Source of the DNA: Blastocatellia bacterium
GTDB taxonomy: Bacteria; Acidobacteriota; Blastocatellia; Pyrinomonadales; Pyrinomonadaceae
Length of the DNA: 64,000 bases
Direction of reading: 5' to 3'
NCBI GenBank assembly: GCA_033858155.1
Contig: JAWVCT010000043.1
Location: forward strand, 6,351 to 70,350
Shown here: positions 18,402-27,868 of the stretch, piece after piece
Position numbering within the stretch: the first letter of the stretch is position 1
Layout of the letters: each line of letters opens with the position of its first letter
Translations under genes and position numbers: made by a program
Notes under the pieces: model-generated
Database searches by the model: none
What the model saw: only the letters and a program-made list of their open reading frames with translations
Told to the model about the DNA's origin: nothing

Positions 18402-19478
18402 TTACACCCGGTCACGCACCTTCACCAAGAATCCTTTTCGCGCCCGCACTCGCGCGTTGGGTTTGGTCTTCACCCGGACAGCGATGAGATGATATTTGCC
18501 GTCACGCTTATCTTCCGCCGGATAGTAACTTAGGATGTACTGCTGCGCGAGGTCGGCAGCGATTTGAGCAAACGCATAGTCCAGATCATCCGCTGACTTC
18601 GGAATATAGACGGCGCCGCCCGTCTGTGCAGAGAATTCCTGCATGCGGCGCTCAGCCGCCAGCGCCCGCAGATTTGCGCTCTCATAAAGGCCCGTCTGCA
18701 CGACATAAATCTGGCAATCATCCGCGAGCGCGCGCTGCATGGTCGTGTCGAAATCCGCGCGGCTGGTCGTGTCCTCTCCATCAGAAACAATCACGATGAC
18801 GCGGCGGCCCGGGTACGGATGCAGGTACGCACCTGCCTTAATGATCCCATCGAAAAGCGAAGTTGCTCCTTCGGGTTTTCCGAAACTGTCTATCGTTAAT
18901 TCCAGCCGCCGCGCGTCATTCGTCAAAGGCTCAGCCAGCACGACATCGGTCGAGACGGAAAACACCGCAGCCTGATCCACGGGCCGCAGCACATTGCGAA
19001 AAAATTTTATCGCCGCGCGCTTTTCAAAGTCGCGTGATTCGCTCAGGCTGCCGCTGTTATCAAACAGCATGGCCATGCGCACCGGCGTCTCGGCGCGGCT
19101 GATTTCACTGATTGTATTTGGCTGGCCGTCTACTTGCAGCTCGAAGTCTTCAAGTTTGAGATTCGTTACCGCAACCCCCCGGCTGTCGACGACAGTGGCC
19201 GGCACGGCTACGAGGTTGGAAGTTACGCGCACGACTTCGTCGGAGTCATTCGTATCCTTTTGGTTTGCGTCGGATTTAGCTGAAGCTTGAGTCGGTGTTT
19301 GCTGGCTCCTGGGCTTTGATGTCTGGCGCGGGCGTGTATTCCCCGTTGGGGAAGGGCTGGGGGTGGGTGACTTCTGCCGGCCGGATTGGGAATGGGTTAA
19401 TAAAGGTGAAGCGGCGATTAGAAACGAAAGAGCAATCAGCGTGACCCCAATCAAACTGTTCCTCAATTGCAGAGTCAT
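18402..19478 (-). CDS. von Willebrand factor A domain protein (acidobacterial VWFA-related type)
   Basis: ATG at 19478 overlaps the trmFO stop (ATGA). It has a TM/signal segment LIGVTLIALSFLIAASPLL, a Ser/Pro/Thr-rich linker and the MIDAS motif MLFDNSGSLS. Confidence 0.85.
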   Translation of the reverse strand: MTLQLRNSLIGVTLIALSFLIAASPLLTHSQSGRQKSPTPSPSPTGNTRPRQTSKPRSQQTPTQASAKSDANQKDTNDSDEVVRVTSNLVAVPATVVDSRGVAVTNLKLEDFELQVDGQPNTISEISRAETPVRMAMLFDNSGSLSESRDFEKRAAIKFFRNVLRPVDQAAVFSVSTDVVLAEPLTNDARRLELTIDSFGKPEGATSLFDGIIKAGAYLHPYPGRRVIVIVSDGEDTTSRADFDTTMQRALADDCQIYVVQTGLYESANLRALAAERRMQEFSAQTGGAVYIPKSADDLDYAFAQIAADLAQQYILSYYPAEDKRDGKYHLIAVRVKTKPNARVRARKGFLVKVRDRV

Positions 19479-20830
19479 AATGTTGCGGCTGTCAAAACTG
19501 GTTCGCGTTCTTTCCAGGCTGTTAGCAGCCACTGATCCCATTCTTCCAAAGCCAGCTTCACTTGCAGCAAATGCCGGTCACGCTTGCGGCGCACGCTCCG
19601 TGCTTGTTCAGCGCTAAGCGGCTCGAGCAGCGCGAACGTGATATTGACCGGTTGGTAATTCTTCGTCTGCGCGCCCGAAACGTATCGCGCCAGCGCGCCA
19701 ATTGCACTACGCGGGGGCGCCAGCAAGAGTTCTTTCCCTTGTAACTGCCGCACGGCATTGTTGCCGGCAAGCCAACCCATGGCCACGGACTCGACGTAAC
19801 CTTCCACGCCGGTAATTTGTCCCGCGAAGAAAAGATTTGAAGCGGAACGCATCTGCATGGTTGCCGTGAGGACGCGCGGCGCATTGATATATGTGTTGCG
19901 ATGAATCTGGCCGAACTGAAGGAACTCTGCGCGCTCGAGGCCCGGAATCAAGCGCAACACGCGCGCCTGCTCGCCATAACGCAGATGGTTTTGAAAGCCG
20001 ACCATGCTGTAGGCGTCGGCCATTAGATTTTCCTGTCTCAGTTGCACGGCTGCGTATGGCTCGCGCCCGGTCCGCGGATCGATCAGGCCGACGGGCTTCA
20101 TTGGACCATAGCGCAAGGTATCGACGCCCCGGCGCGCAAGCTCCTCGATGGGCAGACAGGATTCGAACCAGCGGGTTTCTTCAAAGCGCTGCAGGGGAAC
20201 GCTATTGGCTTCAATCAATGCCGCGTAGAAGTGCGCATACTGCTCTGGGTCAAACGGGCAATTCAAGTAATCGTCGCCGCCCTTATCGTAACGCGCCGCC
20301 GGAAAAGCAATCGATCGATCGATTGAATCGGCCGCGATGATCGGAGCGATCGCGTCGTAGAAATAAAGCTGATCGTCGCCGGTCAACTTCATGATTTCCA
20401 TTGTCAGCGAATCCGAAGTTAGCGGGCCCGTGGCGATGATTGTGACTGCATCACGCGGAATCGCAGTGACTTCTTCGCGCACAATTTCGATCCGCGGGTG
20501 CGATTCGATGCGCTCGGTTATGTACTCGGCAAATTGTTGGCGATCGACAGCCAGGGCCGCTCCGGCCGGCACGCGTGTCGCCGTAGCCGCCTCCATGACC
20601 AGCGAATGGCCGCGGCGCAGTTCTTCTTTAAGAAGATGAGAAGCAGAACCGAGCTCATCTGATTTCAGGGAGTTCGAACATACAATTTCGGCGAGCTTGT
20701 CGGTGCGGTGCGCCGGAGTCTGCTTTACTGGCCGCATCTCCCAAAGGCGCACGCGGGCGCCTGAGCGAGCCGCCTGCCAGGCGGCCTCAACTCCCGCTAA
20801 TCCCCCGCCAATGACAGTGATCTCATTCAT
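19475..20830 (-). CDS. trmFO: methylenetetrahydrofolate--tRNA-(uracil-5)-methyltransferase TrmFO
   Basis: MNEITVIGGGLAGVEAAWQAA..(FAD fold)..TDKLAEIVCSNSLKSD is the typical TrmFO/Gid N-terminus; the length of 451 aa fits. Confidence 0.92.
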   Translation of the reverse strand: MNEITVIGGGLAGVEAAWQAARSGARVRLWEMRPVKQTPAHRTDKLAEIVCSNSLKSDELGSASHLLKEELRRGHSLVMEAATATRVPAGAALAVDRQQFAEYITERIESHPRIEIVREEVTAIPRDAVTIIATGPLTSDSLTMEIMKLTGDDQLYFYDAIAPIIAADSIDRSIAFPAARYDKGGDDYLNCPFDPEQYAHFYAALIEANSVPLQRFEETRWFESCLPIEELARRGVDTLRYGPMKPVGLIDPRTGREPYAAVQLRQENLMADAYSMVGFQNHLRYGEQARVLRLIPGLERAEFLQFGQIHRNTYINAPRVLTATMQMRSASNLFFAGQITGVEGYVESVAMGWLAGNNAVRQLQGKELLLAPPRSAIGALARYVSGAQTKNYQPVNITFALLEPLSAEQARSVRRKRDRHLLQVKLALEEWDQWLLTAWKEREPVLTAATL

Positions 20831-21089
20831 AATGTGGCGCGCACTGGTTCAATTTGAAAGTGTCCTTCACGTGGATGCTGGGAACGCGGAAGGCTCGTCC
20901 GCACCTGAGACGCGACCTTGTCTCCATGCTTTAGACAGAGTTTGCCGATAGATTGGTTCGCGCTTCGCGCTCAGTGCGGACGGGCCGTCAGCGTTCCCTG
21001 CGAAAGGAACCCCCCTGATTTGAAATAGCCAACAGAATCTGGCGCAAGTTGCGAATTTGCCAGCCGTGACCAGGTTCCCAAACTTGGAA

Positions 21090-21112
21090 CGCAAGTTAAC
21101 AACTTGCGCTAC
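21090..21112. repeat. CGCAAGTT-N3-AACTTGCG palindrome (copy 2)
   Basis: CGCAAGTTAACAACTTGCGCTAC is identical over 23 nt to 44156-44178. It lies immediately 3' of the small-protein gene. Confidence 0.85.
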
Positions 21113-21325
21113 TTAACGCCGCTTCTTTCGTCGCAAAACTTTCTCGTGTGCTTGCTTTGTGACTTCCGCGATGCGCTCGGCCTTGGTTTGGGCTGCGCCC
21201 GCGCCTGGTTCCGGTTGGTTCCCGTGATGCTCGGGCATCTCGCCCTGATGCTTATGAAGGCCTAATTCGTTTGCTCGTGTCGAACCAACCTTGAATGTTT
21301 CTATGTTGCGTGTACCGCCCTTCAT
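21113..21325 (-). CDS. hypothetical small basic protein (70 aa)
   Basis: A strong SD, AAGGAGGAGGAAGTA, precedes the ATG at 21325. The C-terminus is Lys/Arg-rich. No family recognised. Confidence 0.6.
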   Translation of the reverse strand: MKGGTRNIETFKVGSTRANELGLHKHQGEMPEHHGNQPEPGAGAAQTKAERIAEVTKQAHEKVLRRKKRR

Positions 21326-21419
21326 TACTTCCTCCTCCTTGTGCCGCAGAGTTTTTAGTCTCTGAATGTAAACTTCACTTGGCGACCGGCCACCAAAGTT
21401 AAGTCTTTACCACACGCGC

Positions 21420-21449
21420 TTGACACTCAAAACCAGCGGTTCGTATAGT
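21420..21449 (+). promoter_or_regulatory. sigma70-like promoter for tRNA-Thr
   Basis: TTGACA (21420-25), 18-nt spacer, TATAGT (21444-49); the tRNA 5' end lies 15 nt downstream. Confidence 0.5.
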
Positions 21450-21463
21450 CAAAGCTCAAGCGG

Positions 21464-21539
21464 GCCGGCTTAGCTCAGTTGGTAGAGCGTCTGATTCGTA
21501 ATTAGAAGGTCACCGGTTCAACTCCGGTAGCCGGCTCCA
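21464..21539 (+). tRNA. tRNA-Thr (anticodon CGU), CCA encoded
   Basis: GCCGGCTTAGCTCAGTTGGTAGAGCGTCTGATTCGTAATTAGAAGGTCACCGGTTCAACTCCGGTAGCCGGCTCCA. The acceptor stem is GCCGGCT/AGCCGGC, the anticodon loop is TTCGTAA and the T-loop is TTCAACT. Confidence 0.93.
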
Positions 21540-22242
21540 GATAATTAGTACTCTGATCCTCGAAATCGTTCGTCCTCATCTTAGACCGTTCGACCGTAAC
21601 CCCAAAGCAGCCGTGTCCGAATGAGGACGACACCGTTGGCGAGTCCAGGTATTCAGGCTAGAATTCCTTAAGTATCTCGTTCATTGCGCGCCTGGATAAG
21701 ATAAAGAACCCGAGGAAGAATCGATCGTTTACCGGCGACAACAGACGACCAAGACGGAGTCTGCGCTCATGCCATCACCCCAACCCCTTCCCAAGGGAGA
21801 GGGAGAGAACGAACCCTCCTGCGTAATGCCGCGCTGGCGGAGTACGTGAGTCAGGAAGTATTTTTCCCCGGCAAATACCAACGCCCTGGCGCTTCAAAAC
21901 AAAACAGGGATGTGCGACTTTCATCCAAACCGCGATCGGAAGATCAGAGTCTCGTCCGGCTTTCGGGTTCTTAATTAAGCATCTTTCTGTCATAGCGAAA
22001 ATCACTTAAAAATGAACAGAGGTGTCACTCAGGGCCGCTCCGTCGACAATTGCAGCCAGCTCGACGTTGAGATTTCACGCTCGTAATGTCGGGCCTGGCT
22101 TGAATTCAGCGACTCATCCTTCGAATTCGGTTTTCGTTGTTCCGGTTATCTTCAGAGTTCAATTCAGGGCATGCGGTTTGCTGAGGTCAAGGCGCAGGCA
22201 TTTCTTAATCAGCAATCAAGACGAGGTCAAAGGAGAAATAAT

Positions 22243-22602
22243 ATGGACAATGTAGGGACAGGATCAGCAACCGAACAGTATCGTACCGATTGGAGTACCA
22301 CGCCCGGTAATGGCGGCGGGGAGGGCGCGGGAACCGGCGATGTCGCCGGGCTCGCCAGTGGTCTGACTGAGACAGCACAGGAGTACATCGGAAAAATTTC
22401 TGATGTAGCCATACAAGCGAAAGAGTTCGTCACAGATAAGGCTGGGGTGGCCGGTGAAAAGATCAAGGAGTTCGCCACGGACGACCTGGGCCAGTTGGTC
22501 GGAAAAACCAAAGACTATGCGCGCCAAAACCCGGGGCAGGCGATCCTGATTGCAGCCGGCGCCGGTTTGTTGCTTGGACTCCTAGTCCGTGGCCGCCGGT
22601 AG
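22243..22602 (+). CDS. DUF883 (YqjD/ElaB-like) C-tail-anchored membrane protein
   Basis: AAAGGAG precedes the ATG at 22243. A helical body is followed by a C-terminal TM, NPGQAILIAAGAGLLLGLLVRGRR. Confidence 0.75.
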   Translation: MDNVGTGSATEQYRTDWSTTPGNGGGEGAGTGDVAGLASGLTETAQEYIGKISDVAIQAKEFVTDKAGVAGEKIKEFATDDLGQLVGKTKDYARQNPGQAILIAAGAGLLLGLLVRGRR

Positions 22603-22640
22603 TTTGGGAAAGAGCCAACTGAGTTCGGAAGGAGGAAGTA

Positions 22641-23090
22641 ATGGCAAGTTCAAGCATGGCTGTGCTGAAACGCGCCGAGCCAAACGCGGAGATCGAGAAT
22701 CTGCCCACGCTATTCACGCGTTTGGGCGATGACGTAATGCAGCTCTTCGATACGAAGATTAGCCTGCTCAAAGTTGAAGTGAAAGAGGACGTTAACGCCT
22801 TGCTGCGAGGCAGTGTGGTGATTGCGGCGGGGGGCATGATCGCAATTATCGGTTTCGCCCTCGTGAATGTCGCCGTCGCGCTCGGCATTTCAACGCTGTT
22901 CGCGAACAGCAATCTTAGTCAGACGGGCAGATACGGTCTGGGCTTCGTAATCACGGGACTTATTTACTTAATACTCGGGAGTACCGTCGCCCTGGCGATG
23001 AAGGCGCGTCTGGCAAAACAGAATCTGGTTCCGAACCGGACGGTCGCGGAACTCAGAAAGGATTCACAATGGCTCAAGACGGAACTCTAA
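22641..23090 (+). CDS. holin-X / YqjE-like (holin superfamily III family) membrane protein
   Basis: SD GGAAGGAGGAAG. It has an amphipathic N-terminus (LFTRLGDDVMQLFDTKISLLKVEVKED) and two TM helices. It typically partners DUF883. Confidence 0.7.
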   Translation: MASSSMAVLKRAEPNAEIENLPTLFTRLGDDVMQLFDTKISLLKVEVKEDVNALLRGSVVIAAGGMIAIIGFALVNVAVALGISTLFANSNLSQTGRYGLGFVITGLIYLILGSTVALAMKARLAKQNLVPNRTVAELRKDSQWLKTEL

Positions 23091-23689
23091 GATTAGCGCA
23101 GACCCACGCGCCGTCCGACCCGGGTTTATCCAAGGATCAGCTTCAGCACCAGATGGCAGTCGCGCGCGAATCCATTTCACATACGGTGGACGAGATTAAA
23201 GACACGGTCGTTCATCAGTACGAAGCCGTGAAAGAAACGATTTCGGAAACGCTGGACTGGCGCGAGCAGGTCAAGAAGCGGCCCCTGCAGTGGGGCGCCG
23301 GCGCTGTGGGCGCGGGTTTCGTGGCAGGGTACGGCATCGCCGCCATGGTAAAAGGCAACCGGGACGCCGCCGCTGGAAATCATCAGGAAGAGACAAAGAA
23401 AAGGGTGGCCTCGGCTATTTCAGCCGCTTCACAAACACTGTCCGCCCGAGGGAGCATCGCAGAGAAAGATAAGGACGACTCCGGGCCCGGGATATTTGAT
23501 CGATTCAAAGAGACGCAGACCTATGACCGTTTGAAACAGGAGGCCGCGTCCGTCGGCAATCGTTTCGTTGACGAAATTTCAAAGAAGGCACAGGCCGTCC
23601 TCCTACCCGCTGCGATCGCCTTGGTCGGTGGTTGGCTGGAACGCCTGGTGCCAGAGCAAAAGAGCGCGGGAATGAAGAGGGCCGGATAG
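23069..23689 (+). CDS. DUF3618-like membrane protein
   Basis: The N-terminal segment SKDQLQHQMAVARESISHTVDEIKDTV is DUF3618-like, with a central TM (WGAGAVGAGFVAGYGIAAMV). It overlaps the previous gene by 22 nt. Confidence 0.65.
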   Translation: MAQDGTLRLAQTHAPSDPGLSKDQLQHQMAVARESISHTVDEIKDTVVHQYEAVKETISETLDWREQVKKRPLQWGAGAVGAGFVAGYGIAAMVKGNRDAAAGNHQEETKKRVASAISAASQTLSARGSIAEKDKDDSGPGIFDRFKETQTYDRLKQEAASVGNRFVDEISKKAQAVLLPAAIALVGGWLERLVPEQKSAGMKRAG

Positions 23690-24122
23690 CCGCTCCTTAT
23701 TTGCAGAACCGCCTGCGGTAGCGGGCGGGCAAGAGAAGCGTCTGGTGGGTCGGTTTCATCTGAACCGATCCATTCTGGCAGTCCAAGCCTCCACAAAACA
23801 CTACAGGCAATCTCTAGTGTTCGGTCCTTATTAGCCAGCTCTCTACCTGGCTATTGAGCAAGTCATATTGCCGAGATTGGCGACCCTTGTGTGTGGTAGC
23901 GCACAGACGGGAACATTACGCTGGTTTAAGTTCTTCTCGCACGCCTCATTAATTTCTGTTGTTAGGGGAGGGGGAGCCACGGTAATGTCTCTTTACCTTC
24001 CTCTGTTTATTCCACCGCCCCTTTAAATCGTCAAAGAAGACAAACATTTCCGGTTGTCGCCGGCCGCTTCTGCGCCGGGGCACCGGATCGTTTCACAACA
24101 GCTAGCGTTTGGAGATGTCGCT

Positions 24123-24581
24123 ATGTCTACTTATCCTTCTTCGGTTAAGACGTCCAATTACGCGTTTGGACGTGGGCCGTTTCGGTCAGGTGGTGAGAAC
24201 CCCATCGTGCTGATGGTGGAAGATCAGTCGGGCGCAAGTTCCGAATTGACCGAGATTCTTGAGCTGAATGGCTACAGTGTTATTACAACTGACAATGGAC
24301 AGGATGCGGTTAAGCGCGCTGTGTACATTCACCCGGATCTTTTACTGGTTGATCTAAATGTGCCGCTGCTTTACGAGATGGTGGCGGCTCGTCAGATCGT
24401 CAAGAACGCACGGTTGGGGGCCGTGCCCGTGGTGATCGCTACGCACGAAGATTTGATCGACACCGCCGCGATCATGGAGGTTGGCGTGCGCCGCAACGAG
24501 TATGTGACCAGAGCTTCCGACTACCAACAATTGGAGTGCCTACTAAGTTACTTGCTGACTAGCAAGCCGAGAGCGGCCTAA
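24123..24581 (+). CDS. stand-alone receiver (REC) domain protein
   Basis: Receiver motifs LMVEDQ, LLLVDLNVP (acceptor Asp) and VVIATHED are present. The conserved Lys position reads EYVTRA (Arg instead of Lys-Pro). Confidence 0.75.
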   Translation: MSTYPSSVKTSNYAFGRGPFRSGGENPIVLMVEDQSGASSELTEILELNGYSVITTDNGQDAVKRAVYIHPDLLLVDLNVPLLYEMVAARQIVKNARLGAVPVVIATHEDLIDTAAIMEVGVRRNEYVTRASDYQQLECLLSYLLTSKPRAA

Positions 24582-24645
24582 CTCTCAAAGTAGTGCTCGC
24601 AGAGCTTTTGCATATCAGGAGGCAGAGCGTAGAAGCCCGTCGTCT

Positions 24646-27504
24646 CTACTTCTTTTCCGGAAACAACATGACCTCGACATACTCACTGGTCTTGAGATAG
24701 GTCCTGGCCGCCTGCTGGATCGTGGCCTTGTCGATCTTCCGATAGAGATCCGGCATCAGCCAGAGGCCGGCTGGGTCTTCGCCATTCTCATATCTCTGTG
24801 AGATTTGACTCACCAGATAGTTGTTGAGCTTGCTGTTGGTTTCGAACTCTCGCTGGAGCGTCTCTTTCTCGTCGGTCAATTGCTGATCGGTCGGACCGTT
24901 GGTCTTGAGCAACTCGATTTCCTGAAAGACGCGCTTGATCAGATCGTCCGTGCGGTTCGGAGCGCTGCCAAACTGAATCGTGATCGAATAGGTTGGCTTC
25001 GGGACCCTTTCATAACCCGGGCTGGCGTTGATGCCGTAGGTGCCACCCAACTCTTCTCGGATGGCCTCGAGCAGTCTTCTTTGGAGAATTTCAGCCATCG
25101 CCCGAATCTCGGCGCGATGCACGGGATCGAAGTCAAAAGGTCCACTGAATACGATTGCCGAAAGACTCTTCGGCTCGATGCCTTTCTCAACCTTTTTTTC
25201 GACGATGCCAGTGGGCGTTCGCGCGCCGACGTCTTTCCATGACTCTTTTCTATTGATTGATGGAAGGGAACCTAGATACCGTTCAACCAGCGGCTTGATC
25301 GTAGCGACATCAAAGCTGCCGACGAAAACGAAAGTGAAGTCACTGGCATCCGCAAATCGATCCTTATAGAACGCCAGGGACTTGTCGAGATTCCAGGCGT
25401 CGATTGTTTCTACAGTCGGCGGCCGGCGTCTGAGGTGGTTCTGGTATCTGGTCGTGGTGAGCGCGCTGAAAAATGCAAACTCAGGCACCGCGGCCTGGTT
25501 TATCAGAAACGTCTTCATCTGATTCGCCTGAACAGTGAAGGCGGTCGCATCCGCTCTCGGTTGGGTGAACCTGAGATAGATGAGCTGAAACATCGTTTCC
25601 AGATCCCGGCGCGAGCTGCTGCCGCTGAGGCCCTCCTGAATCTCACCGATAAACGGACTTGCGGACGCAACTTTTCCCGTCATGAATTTACGCAGATCGA
25701 TCGCGTTGAACTTGCCCACGCCTCCGGCGGTAATAACTTGCGTGGCCGAGCTGGCCGGAATGTAATCCTGGTCGCTGGCGAGGGAAGTCCCACCCGGACT
25801 GGTAGCGCGAAACAGGATCTCGTCTTCTTTGAAAGTAGTCGGCTTAAGAATAACCCTGACGCCATTGGACAGTTCCCACTCGGTAATGCCGATGGCCTCC
25901 TGCACCTTGGTTTTGGTGACAGCTCCGGGCTTTGGTGGCGCCTCGAGCAGGGCCGCATTGGCCAGGGTGTCGACATATGGTTTCAGATCCTTGGTCGCTG
26001 AGTTCTTGATCACGGCGGCCAGCTTTGACTCGTCCGGAATAACCAGGCCGGCCTTGGCCGGAGCGGTGACGATTACTGTGCGGTTGCGATCCGGAAACCA
26101 CTCGCGAGCGAGTTTGTTGATCTCTTCGAGCGTGATCCCGGGCAGGAATCGCTGGTGCAGAACATATTCGTCATCAGCAGTCGGCAAGCTTTCGTTCTCG
26201 AGAAAGTTTCGCACGTACTCATCAGCCCGGCTGGCGGAAAGACGGTTTTCCTTTTCGAGGGCGTTGCGCTCGTAAGTTCGCAGCACATTCTGCTTTTGCC
26301 GTTCAAGTTCCGTCGCGGTGAAGCCGAAGCGCGCCACGCGCTCGGTTTCAGTAAGCAGCGCATCCAAGCCGCGCTCGATGCCGTCCTCTTTCACCAGAGC
26401 GCCCAGGGACGCCGAGTCCTGTGCGCGCGCGAAGAAAGGCCCGCGCCCCGCGCCCGCCCCAATGAACGGGGCGTCGGGCTTTTGGGCCAGTTCTGAAAAG
26501 CGCGCTGAGAGCATGCCGGAGAAAAGATTGTCGACAGTTTTCTGACGATAGACGGCGATAGATCCCTCTTCACGCCCCGGGAGGAGAGTATTGATCTGAA
26601 CGGAGGTCGTGCTCGCTTCCTTGTCTGTGGCAATCGCATAGGAGGTGCCGGGATGATCGGGAACATCATAAGCGGCTCGCGGCCGCGGGGTCGTCGCCGC
26701 GGGAATTGAGGCAAAGTGACTTGTGATCATTTTCTCGATCGAGGCTTTGTCGAAATCGCCGACGGCGATCACCGCCATTAGATCGGGGCGGTACCAGTCG
26801 GCATAGAACTGCTTCAATCGCTCCTGCTTTCCACCCTGGATAATTTCAGGCTTGCCGATGGGCAGGCGGACCGCATACCGAGAGCCCTGGGCCAGTACCG
26901 GCAGGTATTTGTTCAGCATTCTCATGCCGGCGCCGCGGCCCAGGCGCCATTCTTCCATGACCACTCCGCGCTCTTTATCGATCTCGACCGGATCGAACGC
27001 GAGGTTATGCGCCCAGTCTTCAAGAACCAGCAGCCCCTTATCCACCGTTTCAGGTTTGTCGGTCGGGACGGTGAGCATGTAAACCGTCTCGTCAAAACTG
27101 GTGTAGGCATTTACGTCCGCGCCAAAGCGCATTCCCAGAGTTTCAATGAACGCGACGAGTTCGTTTTTCGGAAAGTGGCTGGTGCCGTTGAAGGCCATGT
27201 GCTCGACGAGGTGGGCCAGCCCCTGCTGGTCATCGTCTTCCAGGATCGATCCGGCCTTGACGACCAGCCGCAACTCCGCCCGCTTTTCAGGTTTCTTATT
27301 TTTTCGGATGTAATAGCGCAGGCCGTTTGGAAATTTGCCCATGGTGATTTCGGGATCCACCGGCATAGGCGCTGAAAGCACCTGGGACTGAGCCTGAGCC
27401 TGCGCTGGAATTAGCGCAGCGTGTTGCGGTGTGCCGGTCAGGCAGGTTGCCAGCGCAATGGCCGCGGCCAGAAACAACAAATGTATGCGGGTGCGAATAG
27501 TCAT
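24646..27504 (-). CDS. M16-family zinc peptidase (two-unit insulinase/PqqL-like), secreted
   Basis: HxxEH motif HLVEHMAFNGT. Two M16 halves in about 950 aa. ATG at 27504 follows GGAG, with a signal-like segment IHLLFLAAAIALATCL. Confidence 0.9.
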   Translation of the reverse strand: MTIRTRIHLLFLAAAIALATCLTGTPQHAALIPAQAQAQSQVLSAPMPVDPEITMGKFPNGLRYYIRKNKKPEKRAELRLVVKAGSILEDDDQQGLAHLVEHMAFNGTSHFPKNELVAFIETLGMRFGADVNAYTSFDETVYMLTVPTDKPETVDKGLLVLEDWAHNLAFDPVEIDKERGVVMEEWRLGRGAGMRMLNKYLPVLAQGSRYAVRLPIGKPEIIQGGKQERLKQFYADWYRPDLMAVIAVGDFDKASIEKMITSHFASIPAATTPRPRAAYDVPDHPGTSYAIATDKEASTTSVQINTLLPGREEGSIAVYRQKTVDNLFSGMLSARFSELAQKPDAPFIGAGAGRGPFFARAQDSASLGALVKEDGIERGLDALLTETERVARFGFTATELERQKQNVLRTYERNALEKENRLSASRADEYVRNFLENESLPTADDEYVLHQRFLPGITLEEINKLAREWFPDRNRTVIVTAPAKAGLVIPDESKLAAVIKNSATKDLKPYVDTLANAALLEAPPKPGAVTKTKVQEAIGITEWELSNGVRVILKPTTFKEDEILFRATSPGGTSLASDQDYIPASSATQVITAGGVGKFNAIDLRKFMTGKVASASPFIGEIQEGLSGSSSRRDLETMFQLIYLRFTQPRADATAFTVQANQMKTFLINQAAVPEFAFFSALTTTRYQNHLRRRPPTVETIDAWNLDKSLAFYKDRFADASDFTFVFVGSFDVATIKPLVERYLGSLPSINRKESWKDVGARTPTGIVEKKVEKGIEPKSLSAIVFSGPFDFDPVHRAEIRAMAEILQRRLLEAIREELGGTYGINASPGYERVPKPTYSITIQFGSAPNRTDDLIKRVFQEIELLKTNGPTDQQLTDEKETLQREFETNSKLNNYLVSQISQRYENGEDPAGLWLMPDLYRKIDKATIQQAARTYLKTSEYVEVMLFPEKK

Positions 27505-27868
27505 GGTTTTTCTCCGGAAGATCGAATCGAGCTTGAGTAGAGTGATTTTCATGTGAGAACTCCTGACGAGGTAAGTGGTCTGGGGAAGACGGGCCTCTTT
27601 ATATCATCAGCACCCAATCGCAGGCAAACGAAAGTGGCGGGAGTCAGAGCACGTTACAGAACCGGGAGCGGTAGCGACCGGGAGCATTCACACAACCGGC
27701 CCGGTTGAATGTCTGACCCGTTCGCCGTCAAGCCTGTGTGAAAAACCCGGGTCTTCGCGCCTTTGGCGCTTCGGCCAATGGTTGACTGACGCTCGCACTC
27801 ATAAGACCCACCCCTGGGCAAGGCCGCCTTTCGCGTCCTTCTTGATTAATCCATTGTTAGATCTGACA

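Noticed and set aside
21775-22005. 76-aa minus-strand ORF downstream of tRNA-Thr
   Set aside because: Its C-terminal half is encoded by a low-complexity repeat (..LSLSLGKGLG). It has no SD and no family.
16996-23689. Prophage or integrative element (tyrosine recombinase, tRNA-Thr, holin-family gene)
   Set aside because: The recombinase has the full XerC/XerD housekeeping pattern and lies 3.5 kb from the tRNA with trmFO and VWA in between. The holin-X family member is the usual partner of DUF883, not part of a lysis cassette. No capsid, terminase or repressor genes are present.
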